A stretch of DNA of 64,000 nucleotides from an uncultured delta proteobacterium (GTDB lineage Bacteria > Myxococcota > UBA727 > VGSZ01), in contig CAVZJB010000011.1 of NCBI GenBank assembly GCA_963775425.1, positions 832,001 to 896,000 of the forward strand, given 5' to 3'. A program made the position numbers and the translations under genes. This document shows, one piece after another, positions 9,645-19,680 of this stretch; the stretch's first letter is position 1; each line of letters starts with the position of its first letter. Below the pieces are notes generated by a model. The model saw only the letters and a program-made list of their open reading frames with translations. It was not told the DNA's origin and searched no databases.

Positions 9645-10342
9645 CCGCGCTCATCGAGCTTCACGGGGCGGAGAAGGTCTACGGGGACGTGGTGAAGACG
9701 CTCGCGCTCGCGCCCACCGACGTCTCCGTGAAAGCGGGCGAGCTCGTCGTCATCCTCGGCCCGAGCGGATCGGGAAAGACCACGCTGCTGAACCTCATCG
9801 GCGGCCTCGACACGCCGTCGGGAGGCGCCGTGCACGTCGCCGACCACGACCTCGCCAAGAGCGGCGGCGAGGAGCTCACGCGCTTTCGCCGTGACAACGT
9901 CGGCTTCATCTTCCAGTTCTTCAACCTCGTTCCGACGCTGACCGCGGCCGAGAACGTGGCGCTGGCGGCCGAGCTCGCCGGGAAGCGAGGCGTCGACGTG
10001 ACGCCGCTGCTCGCTGCGGTGGGGCTCGGGGAGAAGGCCGATCGCTTCCCCGAAGAGCTGTCCGGCGGCGAGCAACAGCGCGTGGCCATCGCCCGCGCGC
10101 TCGCCAAGAAGCCGAGGGTGCTCCTCGCGGACGAGCCGACGGGCGCCCTCGATCACGAGACCGGCGCGCAGATCGTCAAGCTCCTGCGCGGCATCGCCGA
10201 CGACGGCACCTGCGCCGTCATCGTCGTCACGCACGACGAGTCGCTGACGAGCGTCGCCGACCGCGTCATCCGCATCCGCGACGGTCACATCGTGTCGAAC
10301 CAGGGGCACGAGGCTGGCGCCGCCGGCGGGAGCGCGCCGTGA
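9641..10342 (+). CDS. ABC transporter ATP-binding protein (LolD/MacB type)
   Basis: [31 protein letters not shown] and [11 protein letters not shown] motifs; RBS AGGAGG. Confidence 0.95.
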   Translation: MTALIELHGAEKVYGDVVKTLALAPTDVSVKAGELVVILGPSGSGKTTLLNLIGGLDTPSGGAVHVADHDLAKSGGEELTRFRRDNVGFIFQFFNLVPTLTAAENVALAAELAGKRGVDVTPLLAAVGLGEKADRFPEELSGGEQQRVAIARALAKKPRVLLADEPTGALDHETGAQIVKLLRGIADDGTCAVIVVTHDESLTSVADRVIRIRDGHIVSNQGHEAGAAGGSAP

Positions 10343-12909
10343 GCGCCCGCACCCCGCGCATGATCCTGACCAAGAAGCTGCTGCGGGACCTCCGCGCACA
10401 GCTCGCGCAGGTCATCGCCATCAGCGCCGTCAGCGGCCTCGGCGCGTTGATGTTCGTGTCGTCGTACGCCGGCTACCTCGACCTCTCGGACAGCTACCAC
10501 GACGTCCGCAAGAAGCTCGACCTCGCCGACCTGCACATCGACGTCACCACCATCGCTCCCGCGGAGGTCGCGGCGCTCCGCGGGCGCCCGGAGATCGCGC
10601 GGGCGGACGCGCGGCTCGAGATCGATCTGCCGGTGCGCATCCCTGATGCGTCGACGAAGGACGCCACGAGCGGCGCGCCGGGCGAAGCGGGCGCGCCCGG
10701 CGCAGCCCACGCGGCGGACGCAGCGGCGGTGACGGTGCGCTTCTTGTCGCTCCCCGGCGGAGGGCAGCCGGCGCTCGACCGCCTCTACCTCGAGGGGGGG
10801 CGCCTGCCCACCGGCGACGACGAGATCGTCCTCGAGAAGCACCTCGCGACGTTCCACCACCTCGCACCGGGCGACACGCTGACGGTCCCGGTGCTCGGGG
10901 TCGAGCACACGCTGCGCGTCGTCGGCGTCGCTGTGAGCGCGGAGTACCTGTGGGTCTCGCGCAATCGCGAGGACGTGATGCCGACGCCGGACACGTTCGG
11001 CGTCGCGTGGATCGGGCGCGACGCAGAGCGACGGCTGGCGGCTCGCATCGCCGGCGGCATCCCGTTCGGCGCCGCCGCCGTCCCCGCGCTCGCCCTCGCC
11101 GCGTCGCCGGCCGCGGGCAACAAGCTCCTCGTGGATCCGGCTGGCAGCCGCGCCGCCGCCGTGGCCGCCGTGAAAGAGGTGCTCGGCGGTCGCGTGCTGC
11201 GCACGACGGAGCAGGAGGAGCTCGTGGGCGTGAAGCTCCTGCAGCTCGACGTCGACGGCTTCCGCGGCATGGCGGTGTTCTTCCCGCTGTTCTTCCTGGC
11301 CGTCGGCGCGTTCATCGTCGCTTCGGTGCTGAGCCGGCTCGTCGACGCGCAGACGCCGCTCATCGGCACGCTCCGCGCGCTCGGGGCCTCTCGCGCCCGC
11401 GTGCTGTTTCACTACCTCGCCTTCGCCGCGATCCTCGGCGCGGGCGGCGCCGTGGTCGGCGCGCTCCTCGGCGTCCCCGCGGGCGGCGCCATGGCCAGCT
11501 CGTACGCGGTGGAGCTCGGCATCCCCACGGTCACCACGCACCCGCACCTTGAGCTCGTCGTCATCGCCGTGGCCGTCGCGTTCGCCGTCGCCCTCGTCGC
11601 CGGCGGCATCTCCGCCTGGCGCGCCGCGGGCCTCGCGCCCGCCGTGGCCATGCGCGGCGGCGCGCGTGGCAGCTCGTTGATGCTCGTAAAGCTCGCGCGG
11701 CGCCTGCCGCCGGCGGCGCCGATGGTGGTGCGCCTGGCCCTGCGCGACATCCTGCATCGCCCGCTCCGCAGCCTCGCCACGGCGTTCGGCGTCGCGGCCG
11801 CGCTCACGCTGGTCACCACCACGAGCGCGGTGATCGACTCGACCAAGAAGACCATCGACGTGATGTTCTCGGTGGCGCAGCGCGACGATTTGCGCGTCGA
11901 CCTGCTGGCCCCGGAGAACGCCAAGCGCCTGGCCGCCGACGTCAAACGCATCCCCGGCGTCGATCGCGTGGAGGTCTTCGCGGCCGCGCCCGTGGAGCTC
12001 GAGCACGGCGGGACGCGCTCGGAGACGCTCGCGCAGGGCCTCCCCGACGACGGCGACCTCATCCAGGCCGTCGACGTCAACCGCGGCGTCGCGCACCCGG
12101 CCGCCGGCGGCGTGGTCCTCGCGAGGTCGCTCGCGAAGAAGCTCCACGCGGCCCGCGGCGACGACGTGCGGATGCGCCTCGTCGCGCTCCCGGCGGGCGC
12201 GGGCGGCGTCGACGGCGCGGGCGGCGTCGACGGCGCAGCCGCGGCGGACGACGCGGCGGGGTGGACCTCGTTTCACGTCACAGACGTCATCGACGTCCCC
12301 GTCGGCGAGACGGCCACGGTGCGCCTCGCGGATCTCCAGAGCGCGCTGCACATGAAGGATCTCGCCACGTCTGCGGCGGTGACCACCAAGGGCGGCGAGG
12401 CGGTGCGCAAGGACGTGCGCCGCGCGCTCGAGAAGCTGCCGGCGGCCGCGCGGGTGGAAGACGCGGCGTCGCTGCGCAACAACATCGACATCCTGATGGC
12501 GCTCGCCTGGGTGGTGCTCGGCATCATGCTCGTCTTGAGCGTGGTGCTCGCCGCCGCCATCCTCTTCAACACCGCCACGCTCGGCATCCTCGAGCGGCGC
12601 CGCGAGCTCGCCACCATGCGGGCGCTGGGGCAGAGCATGCGCAGCATCACGGCGGAGCTCACCCTCGAGCACGCGCTGCTCGCGCTGGTCGGCGTCATCG
12701 TCGGCGTGCCCGCGAGCATGCTCTTCGTCGAGCGCGTGATGCTGCTGTTTTCGTCGGACCTGATGACGTTCCCCGTGATCTTCACGCCGACCACGTTCAT
12801 CTCCGGCATCGCGGGCGCCGCGCTGGTGCTGCTCGTGGCCCAGTGGCCCGCGCTGCGCGCCGTGTCCCGCGCGTCGCTCGCGGCGAGCCTGCGGCTGCGT
12901 GAAGGCTAA
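10339..12909 (+). CDS. FtsX-like ABC permease (two FtsX/MacB-PCD repeats)
   Basis: IGTLRALGAS and ERRRELATMRALG motifs; two sets of periplasmic domain plus TM helices. Confidence 0.9.
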   Translation: MSARTPRMILTKKLLRDLRAQLAQVIAISAVSGLGALMFVSSYAGYLDLSDSYHDVRKKLDLADLHIDVTTIAPAEVAALRGRPEIARADARLEIDLPVRIPDASTKDATSGAPGEAGAPGAAHAADAAAVTVRFLSLPGGGQPALDRLYLEGGRLPTGDDEIVLEKHLATFHHLAPGDTLTVPVLGVEHTLRVVGVAVSAEYLWVSRNREDVMPTPDTFGVAWIGRDAERRLAARIAGGIPFGAAAVPALALAASPAAGNKLLVDPAGSRAAAVAAVKEVLGGRVLRTTEQEELVGVKLLQLDVDGFRGMAVFFPLFFLAVGAFIVASVLSRLVDAQTPLIGTLRALGASRARVLFHYLAFAAILGAGGAVVGALLGVPAGGAMASSYAVELGIPTVTTHPHLELVVIAVAVAFAVALVAGGISAWRAAGLAPAVAMRGGARGSSLMLVKLARRLPPAAPMVVRLALRDILHRPLRSLATAFGVAAALTLVTTTSAVIDSTKKTIDVMFSVAQRDDLRVDLLAPENAKRLAADVKRIPGVDRVEVFAAAPVELEHGGTRSETLAQGLPDDGDLIQAVDVNRGVAHPAAGGVVLARSLAKKLHAARGDDVRMRLVALPAGAGGVDGAGGVDGAAAADDAAGWTSFHVTDVIDVPVGETATVRLADLQSALHMKDLATSAAVTTKGGEAVRKDVRRALEKLPAAARVEDAASLRNNIDILMALAWVVLGIMLVLSVVLAAAILFNTATLGILERRRELATMRALGQSMRSITAELTLEHALLALVGVIVGVPASMLFVERVMLLFSSDLMTFPVIFTPTTFISGIAGAALVLLVAQWPALRAVSRASLAASLRLREG

Positions 12910-14069
12910 AGCGCCGCGAAGCTGCGGCGGACGATGCCCGACGCGATGGGCAGGTTGCCGAAGCGCATCGCGAGGTTCTTGAGCCGCAGCGCGAGCTTGC
13001 TCTCGGGCACGCGCCAGCGGGAGACCTCGTTGGCGGCGCGGTGCACGTCGTCGACGACGCGGCGCATGCGGGCCTCGTAGCGCGCCAGCGCGAAGCGCGG
13101 CTCGCGATCCGCCTGCAGCTCCTCGGCGAGGAGGAACGCGCCCGCCATGGCCAGCGACGCTCCCTGGCTCGCCACCAGGGAGGAGCCGCCGTGCGCGGCG
13201 TCGCCCACGAGCGCGACGCGCCCGGCGCTCCACTGCGGCACGTCGACCTCGGAGATGGCGTCGAGCCGGACGTCGTCGGCGCGCGCGAGGCCCTCGAGGA
13301 GCTGCGGGACGCGCCAGCCGATGTCACCGTACTCCTCGCGCAGCTCGGCGAGGGCGGCGCCGCGCTTGCGATCCACGCGCTGCCGATTGCTCTTGTGGAT
13401 GAACAGGCAGGCGACGCGGCTCTTGCCCGCGGGGTACGTCGTCACCAGCCGCCCGGGCGCGTTCAGCACATGCTGCGCGTCGCCGAGCTCGCGCGCCGTG
13501 TCCACGTCGTTCACGACAAAGGACGCGCGGCGGTAGCCCGCGAAGCGCAGCGAGGTCTCCTCCGGCAGCCCGAAGAGCATGCCGCGCAGGGTGGAGTGCA
13601 TGCCGTCGGCGCCGACGACGACGTCGGCGGTGTGGGTGGTGCCGTCGCTGAGGATGACGCGGGCGCCGTCGGTGTCGGAGCGGATCTCATGGGCGGCGAT
13701 GCGAAAGCGCACGTCGACGTCGCCGCGGATCTTCTCCAGCAGCGCGGCCTCCAGGGCGCCGCGCGGGAACTGGAAGTGCTCGTCGCCGAACATCTCCCGC
13801 CGGACCTGATCGTAGGGCAGCTCCGCCGGCTCGCTCCCCGAGGGGCCGTGGAACACCACGCTCGCGGCCGGGGCGTGCACCGCCTCCAGCACGTCGACGA
13901 GGTCGAGGTTGCGCGCCGCGTCGATGCCGACGCCGAAGAACTCGATCATGTGGGCAGGCCGGACCGCACGCCGCGCCTTGTCCACGACGACGATCTCATG
14001 CCCCTTGCGTCCCAACGCGTGGGCGAGCGAAAGTCCGGCGACACCCGCGCCGACGATCAGCACCCTCAT
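12906..14069 (-). CDS. FAD-dependent monooxygenase
   Basis: MRVLIVGAGVAGLSLA, VVGADGMHSTLR and RVALVGDAAH...SQGASLAM motifs. Confidence 0.92.
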   Translation of the reverse strand: MRVLIVGAGVAGLSLAHALGRKGHEIVVVDKARRAVRPAHMIEFFGVGIDAARNLDLVDVLEAVHAPAASVVFHGPSGSEPAELPYDQVRREMFGDEHFQFPRGALEAALLEKIRGDVDVRFRIAAHEIRSDTDGARVILSDGTTHTADVVVGADGMHSTLRGMLFGLPEETSLRFAGYRRASFVVNDVDTARELGDAQHVLNAPGRLVTTYPAGKSRVACLFIHKSNRQRVDRKRGAALAELREEYGDIGWRVPQLLEGLARADDVRLDAISEVDVPQWSAGRVALVGDAAHGGSSLVASQGASLAMAGAFLLAEELQADREPRFALARYEARMRRVVDDVHRAANEVSRWRVPESKLALRLKNLAMRFGNLPIASGIVRRSFAAL

Positions 14070-14084
14070 CGCGGCCGACGATAG

Positions 14085-14096
14085 TTTGGTACCAAA
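14085..14096. promoter_or_regulatory. perfect palindrome TTTGGTACCAAA, candidate repressor operator
   Basis: AT-rich 12-bp palindrome about 15 nt upstream of the monooxygenase start, in the divergent intergenic region shared with a MarR gene. Confidence 0.5.
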
Positions 14097-14256
14097 TTGA
14101 GCGCAAGGCTCGTCGAGGGGCGCAACGCCCACCTGCGCCGGCGCGCCCACCCGCTGCTCGCTCGCTGACCTCTCGCCCGCCTCTCGCTGATCTCTCGTGC
14201 GCGCAACCATTGCTTGGCGACAAACAAGTGGGCAATGTGAACGCCGGAGGTCGAGG

Positions 14257-14817
14257 ATGGGGCAGATGTCGCCCGAGCCGCATCTCGGGGGCGCGTTGGA
14301 GTTCATGCGCGCCGTGTGGGCGCTCGATCATGCGTTGAGCACCCTGTCGCGCGCGATGGAGACGCGCCTCGGCCTCACGGGTCCGCAGAGGCTCGTGGTG
14401 CGCGTCGTCGGGCGCGTGCCCGGCATCTCCGCCGGCGGCCTCGCCGCCATCCTCCACCTCGACCCGAGCACGCTCACCGGCCACCTGCATCGCCTCGCCC
14501 ACGCGGGGCTGATCGAGCGCAAGCAGTCCACCGTCGACCGGCGTCGTGTGGAGCTGCGCCTCACGCCGGCGGGCCGCCGCCTCGACGTCGCCACGCCCGG
14601 CACCGTCGAAGCCGCGCTCACGCAGGTGTTCGCGGCGTTCGGCGCCGGCGACCTCGCGCTCGCGCGCCGCGTGCTCGCGTGCCTCGCGGGCGCGTTCGAT
14701 GATCAGGCGACGGTGACGTTCGCGTCGCCGGTGGCCCGCCGCGCGCCTCTTCGCAAGCGAAAGACGCAAAAGCGCGGCCGCGCACTCCGGGCGCCGGTGA
14801 AGAGGTCCGCCCGGTGA
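14257..14817 (+). CDS. MarR family transcriptional regulator
   Basis: LGLTGPQRLV...LAAILHLDPSTLTGHLHRL...DRRRVELRLT. Confidence 0.9.
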   Translation: MGQMSPEPHLGGALEFMRAVWALDHALSTLSRAMETRLGLTGPQRLVVRVVGRVPGISAGGLAAILHLDPSTLTGHLHRLAHAGLIERKQSTVDRRRVELRLTPAGRRLDVATPGTVEAALTQVFAAFGAGDLALARRVLACLAGAFDDQATVTFASPVARRAPLRKRKTQKRGRALRAPVKRSAR

Positions 14818-17147
14818 CTGAGCCTGAGGACAAAAAAGACGCGGACGCGGCGGCCCCGAGCACGACGGGCGCCGCGAGCGAGACGGGCGCCGCGAGCGAG
14901 ACGGGCGCCGCGAGCGAAACGGACGCGTCGAAGAGCGCAGACGCGCCCACGGGTGAGACGCAGCCCGGTGAAGCGCGAGCGCCCGAGCCGGGCGCCGCGT
15001 CGCCGCCGGCGTCGACGCCGGACTTCCCGGTGCCGCCCACGTCGACGAGCACCGCCACCAGCGCCGGCCTCGCCACCACGGTGTCCGCGGCGGCGCGGGC
15101 GCCGACCACGACGTCCACCACGACGTTGTCCGCGGTGGCGACCACGAGCTCCACCACCACGCCGGCGACGTCGTCGCCGCCGCCGACGGTCACCGGCCCG
15201 GTGCCCATCCCGGCCATCAACGCGGAGCGGCCGCCGCCGTCGCGGACGACGTCGCCCACGCTCGCCGCCATCGAGGTGGACGAGGGGAACGTCGGCGCGC
15301 GCGTGAAGGCGTTCCTCGAGGCCGTGCTGCCGCGCCCGGCGCAGTTGCTCCTGCCGCTCGGCCGGACGTTCTGGCGCCAGATCAACGAGATCATCCTCGC
15401 GGCCTACGTCCGCGCGGTGCCGTCGGAGCAGAACCGCATCTTCCTCCTCACCGTCGTGGTCGGGGCCATGTGCGGCTTCGCTGCGGTGGCCTTCCACCTC
15501 GCCATTCGCGTGGTGGAGTCGCTGTTCATCGATCGCGCCTTCGCCACCGAGGGGTGGACCTGGCTGCCGATGCTCATCATCGTGCCGGTGCTCGGCGCGC
15601 TCGTCTGCGGCGTGCTGTTGCACTTCTGGTTCCCGGCCGCGCGCGGGTCGGGAATTCCGCAGGTGAAGGTGGTGTTCGCCATCAAGTCCGGCCGGCTCCG
15701 GCTGCGCGACTCCATGGCCAAGTTCGTCATCGGCGTCATCGGCATCGGCACGGGCTCCTCGCTCGGGCGCGAGGGGCCCACCGTGCACATCTGCGCGGGC
15801 CTCGCCGGAGCGCTCGGGCGCTTGTTCGCGCTGTCGCCGCAGAACGTGCGCCGCCTCATCCCCGTCGGCGCCGCCGCGGGCATCGCCGCCGCGTTCAACG
15901 CGCCCATCGCGGCGGTGACGTTCACCACCGAAGAGGTCGTCGGCGATCTCGATCAAACCGTGCTGTCCGGCGTCGTGGTCGCCGCCGCGTTCGCCGCCGT
16001 CATCGAGCGGACCGTCCTCGGCGAGAACCCGGTGTTCTCGATCGGGCAGTCCTACGAGCTGACCCACCCGTCGTCGCTCCTCGTGTACTCCGCCATCGGC
16101 GTCGCCGCCGCCGGCGTCTCGCACTTGTTCACCAAGGGCCTCCTCGACCTGCGCGTCCGCTTCCGCGAGATGAAGCGGGTGCCCGGCTGGGCGCAGCCGG
16201 CCCTCGGCGCTCTCATGACGGGCGCGCTCGCCGCGGCCGCGTTCGGCGCGCTGCACACCAAGGGCATCACCGGTGGCGGGTACGAGACGCTGTCCCTCGC
16301 GCTCAACGGCGGCCTCCCCGCTTACGTGATGATCGCGCTGTGCGGCGGCAAGCTCATCGCCACCGTGTTTTCGTATTCGAGCGGCGGCTCCGGCGGCATC
16401 TTCGCGCCGGCGCTCTTCGTCGGCGGCATGCTCGGCGGCACCTTCAGCTTCTTCGACTCGTGGCTGCTCGGCCACACCGACACCGAGGCGGGCGCGTTCG
16501 CGCTCGTCGGAATGGGCGCCGTGTTCGCCGGCGTCATCCGCGCGCCCATCACCTCGTTCCTCATCATCTTCGAGATGACCAACGGCTACGGGCTCATCCT
16601 GCCGCTGATGATCGCCAACACCACGTGCTACGTGCTCGCGCGCCGCTGGTACAAGAAGCCCGTGTACGAGGCGCTCATCGAGCAGGACGGCATCAAGCTG
16701 CCGCACAAGAGCGGCGCCGCCGCGGCGCTCTCCGCGTTGCGCGTGGAGCACGCGATGACCACGCAGAACCTCGTCACGCTGCCCGCCGATCTCTCCGTGC
16801 GGGTGGCGCTGGAGCGGCTGCCCCGCGAGCACTTCTCGGCGTATCCGGTCATCGACTCGGGCGGCAAGATGGCCGGGCTCATCGGCGAGGCCAAGCTGCG
16901 CCGCCTGCTCGCCGAGGGCGCCGGTGACAAGCCGGTGCGCGAACAGTTGCGCGCGCGCGAGTACCTCCGGCCGGACCAACCGCTGCTCGACGCCGTGGCG
17001 CGCATGAACAAGCTCGGCGTGCGGCAGATGGCCGTCGTCGACAGCGAAGATCCCGCGCGCCTCGTCGGCATGTTCGCCATGAGCGACGTCATCCGCGCGC
17101 ACGGGAGCGTGGTGGAGAGCGAAGAGGCCAAGGCCGCCGCCGAGTAA
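14814..17147 (+). CDS. ClC family Cl-/H+ antiporter with CBS pair and long disordered N-terminus
   Basis: GSGIP, GREGP, AFNAP, FTTEE and GGIFAP signatures; C-terminal tandem CBS domains. Confidence 0.92.
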   Translation: MTEPEDKKDADAAAPSTTGAASETGAASETGAASETDASKSADAPTGETQPGEARAPEPGAASPPASTPDFPVPPTSTSTATSAGLATTVSAAARAPTTTSTTTLSAVATTSSTTTPATSSPPPTVTGPVPIPAINAERPPPSRTTSPTLAAIEVDEGNVGARVKAFLEAVLPRPAQLLLPLGRTFWRQINEIILAAYVRAVPSEQNRIFLLTVVVGAMCGFAAVAFHLAIRVVESLFIDRAFATEGWTWLPMLIIVPVLGALVCGVLLHFWFPAARGSGIPQVKVVFAIKSGRLRLRDSMAKFVIGVIGIGTGSSLGREGPTVHICAGLAGALGRLFALSPQNVRRLIPVGAAAGIAAAFNAPIAAVTFTTEEVVGDLDQTVLSGVVVAAAFAAVIERTVLGENPVFSIGQSYELTHPSSLLVYSAIGVAAAGVSHLFTKGLLDLRVRFREMKRVPGWAQPALGALMTGALAAAAFGALHTKGITGGGYETLSLALNGGLPAYVMIALCGGKLIATVFSYSSGGSGGIFAPALFVGGMLGGTFSFFDSWLLGHTDTEAGAFALVGMGAVFAGVIRAPITSFLIIFEMTNGYGLILPLMIANTTCYVLARRWYKKPVYEALIEQDGIKLPHKSGAAAALSALRVEHAMTTQNLVTLPADLSVRVALERLPREHFSAYPVIDSGGKMAGLIGEAKLRRLLAEGAGDKPVREQLRAREYLRPDQPLLDAVARMNKLGVRQMAVVDSEDPARLVGMFAMSDVIRAHGSVVESEEAKAAAE
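14863..14918 (+). repeat. 18-bp coding tandem repeat, 3 copies (TGAASE)
   Basis: gacgggcgccgcgagcga repeated in the ClC N-terminal region. Confidence 0.8.
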
Positions 17148-17157
17148 CCCGCGCGTG

Positions 17158-18582
17158 TCAGGCGTGGGCTTCGACAGGCTCCGCGCGCGACAGCGGCAAG
17201 CGCACCGTGAACGTGGCGCCGTGGCCGACTTCGGAGTCGACGTCGACCGTGCCGCCGTGCGCGTCGACGATGCGGCGCACGGTGGCGAGGCCGATGCCGG
17301 CGCCGCCGGCCGTCGCTCGTTCGACGCGGTAGAACGGCTCGAACACGCGAGCGCGCGCGTCGGCGGGGATGCCCGGGCCGGAGTCCGAGACCACGATGCT
17401 GCAGAGGTCGCCGGCGGGATGCACCGCGACGCGCACGACGCGCTTGGGGCAGCCCGCGGTGTACTTCACGGCGTTGCCGGCGACGTTGGCCACCACGGCG
17501 TACAGGAGCCCCGGCGCGCAGGCGACCTGCAAGTCGTCCACGTCGGCCTCGAGGGTCACGTCGGCGTCGGTGGCGCTGCTCCGCAGATCTTCCATCACCT
17601 CGTCGACGACCGCGCGGGTCGACGAATCACCCCGGTCTGATGCCCGGCCGGCCCGCGAGAAGGCGAGCAGGGAGTCGATGAGCCGCGAGGTGCGGCGCGC
17701 GCTGCGCGTGAGCTGTTGGCCCACGCGCAGCTGCGCGTCCGCCCCGAGGGAGCCGCGCCCGAGCCGAGCGCCGATGAGCGTGAGCGGCCCGAGCGCGTTT
17801 CGCAGGTCGTGGGCGACGCGTCCGGCGAACGCGTCGAGGTCGGCGTTGGCTCGCTGCAAGGTGTCGACGTACGCGTCGATCTCCCGCTGCTTCGCCGCGA
17901 GCGAGCGCACCGAACGGCGCAGGAAGGCGGCCAGCCCGACCGAGAAGAGCAGGGCCACGGCGGCCACCGCGGACACCGCGCCGAGCATCTTCTGCGCGAA
18001 GATGCCCGCGAGGTGCTCGCCGCCCTCGAGCTTGCGCTCCTCGAGCTCGCGAAAGCGCTCGAGCGCCTGGAGCATCGCGTCGCGCAGCGGCGGGCTCTGG
18101 TCGTCGAGGATATCGAGCGCACGGTCGCGCTCGCCGCGTGTGCGCGCGTCGAGGGCCTTGGCGATGCCGTCGCCGTACTGCGTGCCGGTGCGCTCGATGT
18201 CGTCGAGCAGCTCGATGTCGTCGCCGTCCTCGGGCGTCATGCGCCCGCGCAGGCGCTCGACGATGCTGCCGAAGTGCGCGCCCGCCGCCTGCGCGCGGTC
18301 GAGCGAAGCGGGGCTCGCGAACAGCACATAGCCGCGCGCGGCCGCGGTGAGGCGCTCGGCCTGGACTTGCAGGCGGGTGGCGTCGACGAGGTCCTCCGTG
18401 TGGTTGGCGATGCGAGACATCGTCTCCTCTGCGACGATCCGCACGGCGATCACGCTCGACAGCCCCACCACCGCCACAGCGCCGACGAGCAACGCGACCA
18501 CGCCGGCCGCACGCCTGCCTTGAAAAGACCCACGGGGCTCTCGCGTTGCGACAGAGGGGTCCGCTTTCACGCCGGCATCCAT
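17158..18582 (-). CDS. membrane sensor histidine kinase (CHASE3-like periplasmic domain)
   Basis: Two TM helices flank a helical domain (ARGYVL). H-box AHDLRNAL, N-box NAVKY, DSGPGI, FEPF and GIGL. Start codon approximate. Confidence 0.9.
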   Translation of the reverse strand: MDAGVKADPSVATREPRGSFQGRRAAGVVALLVGAVAVVGLSSVIAVRIVAEETMSRIANHTEDLVDATRLQVQAERLTAAARGYVLFASPASLDRAQAAGAHFGSIVERLRGRMTPEDGDDIELLDDIERTGTQYGDGIAKALDARTRGERDRALDILDDQSPPLRDAMLQALERFRELEERKLEGGEHLAGIFAQKMLGAVSAVAAVALLFSVGLAAFLRRSVRSLAAKQREIDAYVDTLQRANADLDAFAGRVAHDLRNALGPLTLIGARLGRGSLGADAQLRVGQQLTRSARRTSRLIDSLLAFSRAGRASDRGDSSTRAVVDEVMEDLRSSATDADVTLEADVDDLQVACAPGLLYAVVANVAGNAVKYTAGCPKRVVRVAVHPAGDLCSIVVSDSGPGIPADARARVFEPFYRVERATAGGAGIGLATVRRIVDAHGGTVDVDSEVGHGATFTVRLPLSRAEPVEAHA

Positions 18583-18713
18583 GTGGTCACCGTGGGCGCG
18601 AGGTGCGCGACGACAAACCAACGACGGCCAGCGACCATTCCGGGCGTGATCGGCGAGGGCGCGCGAGACATGGATCAAATGTAGGAACGACCTCGCCGGC
18701 TCGCTTCCCGTCG

Positions 18714-19607
18714 TCAGACCAGCCGCTGGCGCGCCGTCTCGACAATCGCGCCCACGCCGGGGTGCTTGATCTTCCGCTCGGTGGTGATGGCGTAGAAGGA
18801 CTCCTCGACCCCGCGCAACACGCCGGCGCGCTCAACGAGACCAAGGTCCCCGACCTCGGCGGCGAGGGCGGCGCGCACGGGGAACAGCCCGAACCCGTGG
18901 AGCCCGAAGGTGCGCATGGCCGCGGCGTCGTCGAACTCCCCCACCACGTGGGGCCGAATGCCTTTCTCGACGAAGAAGCGCTCGAGCAAGCGGCGCAAGC
19001 CGCTCTCAGGCCCGGGGACGAGGAACGGTGCCCCGTCGAGAGACTCGGGGAAGCGGTGGCGCACACGGCGCGCGAGCGAGCGCGTGCCGTACACGATGAT
19101 CTCGGTCTTGCCGAGGAGATGGCCGTACACGCGCGCCTGCCCTTGGGGCGGCAGCGCATCCGACAAGACGAGGTGCAACCGGTTGAGCGAAAGCTCGGCG
19201 ACGAGCGCGTTCAGCGTCGCCTGGCGATAGCTCACGCGGACGACCGCCGGCGCGCGCAGCGCGGGCTCGAGCAAGCGGAAGGCGACGGTGCGCGGCACCG
19301 CGCTCACGACGCCGATGTTCAACAACGCGCGCCGGCCGGTGCCGCGGCCGCGGACGAACTCGACGAGCTCGCTGCCGGTGAGGAAGATGTCGTCCGCGAA
19401 CGCGAGCACCTCCGTGCCGAACGGCGTGAGCTGCAGACCGCGCCCGCGGCGCGTGAACAGCGGGGTGCCGCAAAACTCGGCGAGCGCGCGGATCTGCGCC
19501 GAGATTGTGGAGTGCGTGACGTGCAGCTCGGCGGCGGCCTTGGAGACGCCGCCGGCGCGGGCCACGACCCAGAACGCGTGCAGGTGATTGTAGCTCAGCC
19601 ACTCCAT
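18714..19607 (-). CDS. nhaR: LysR family transcriptional activator NhaR-like
   Basis: MEWLSYNHLHAFWVVA start, EFDDAAAMRTFG and C-terminal YAITTERKIKHP are characteristic of NhaR. Confidence 0.85.
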   Translation of the reverse strand: MEWLSYNHLHAFWVVARAGGVSKAAAELHVTHSTISAQIRALAEFCGTPLFTRRGRGLQLTPFGTEVLAFADDIFLTGSELVEFVRGRGTGRRALLNIGVVSAVPRTVAFRLLEPALRAPAVVRVSYRQATLNALVAELSLNRLHLVLSDALPPQGQARVYGHLLGKTEIIVYGTRSLARRVRHRFPESLDGAPFLVPGPESGLRRLLERFFVEKGIRPHVVGEFDDAAAMRTFGLHGFGLFPVRAALAAEVGDLGLVERAGVLRGVEESFYAITTERKIKHPGVGAIVETARQRLV

Positions 19608-19608
19608 G

Positions 19609-19643
19609 TCGGTTTTTTCGACCTTTCCTATCGATCTTTCGCA
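19609..19643. promoter_or_regulatory. two LysR T-N11-A boxes
   Basis: TCG-GTTTTTT-CGA (19609-19621) and TCG-ATCTTTC-GCA (19631-19643), 22 bp apart, in the AT-rich divergent nhaR/pal intergenic region. Confidence 0.6.
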
Positions 19644-19680
19644 ATAGACGACCGACCTGTCCATCGAAAATCATGGGTCC

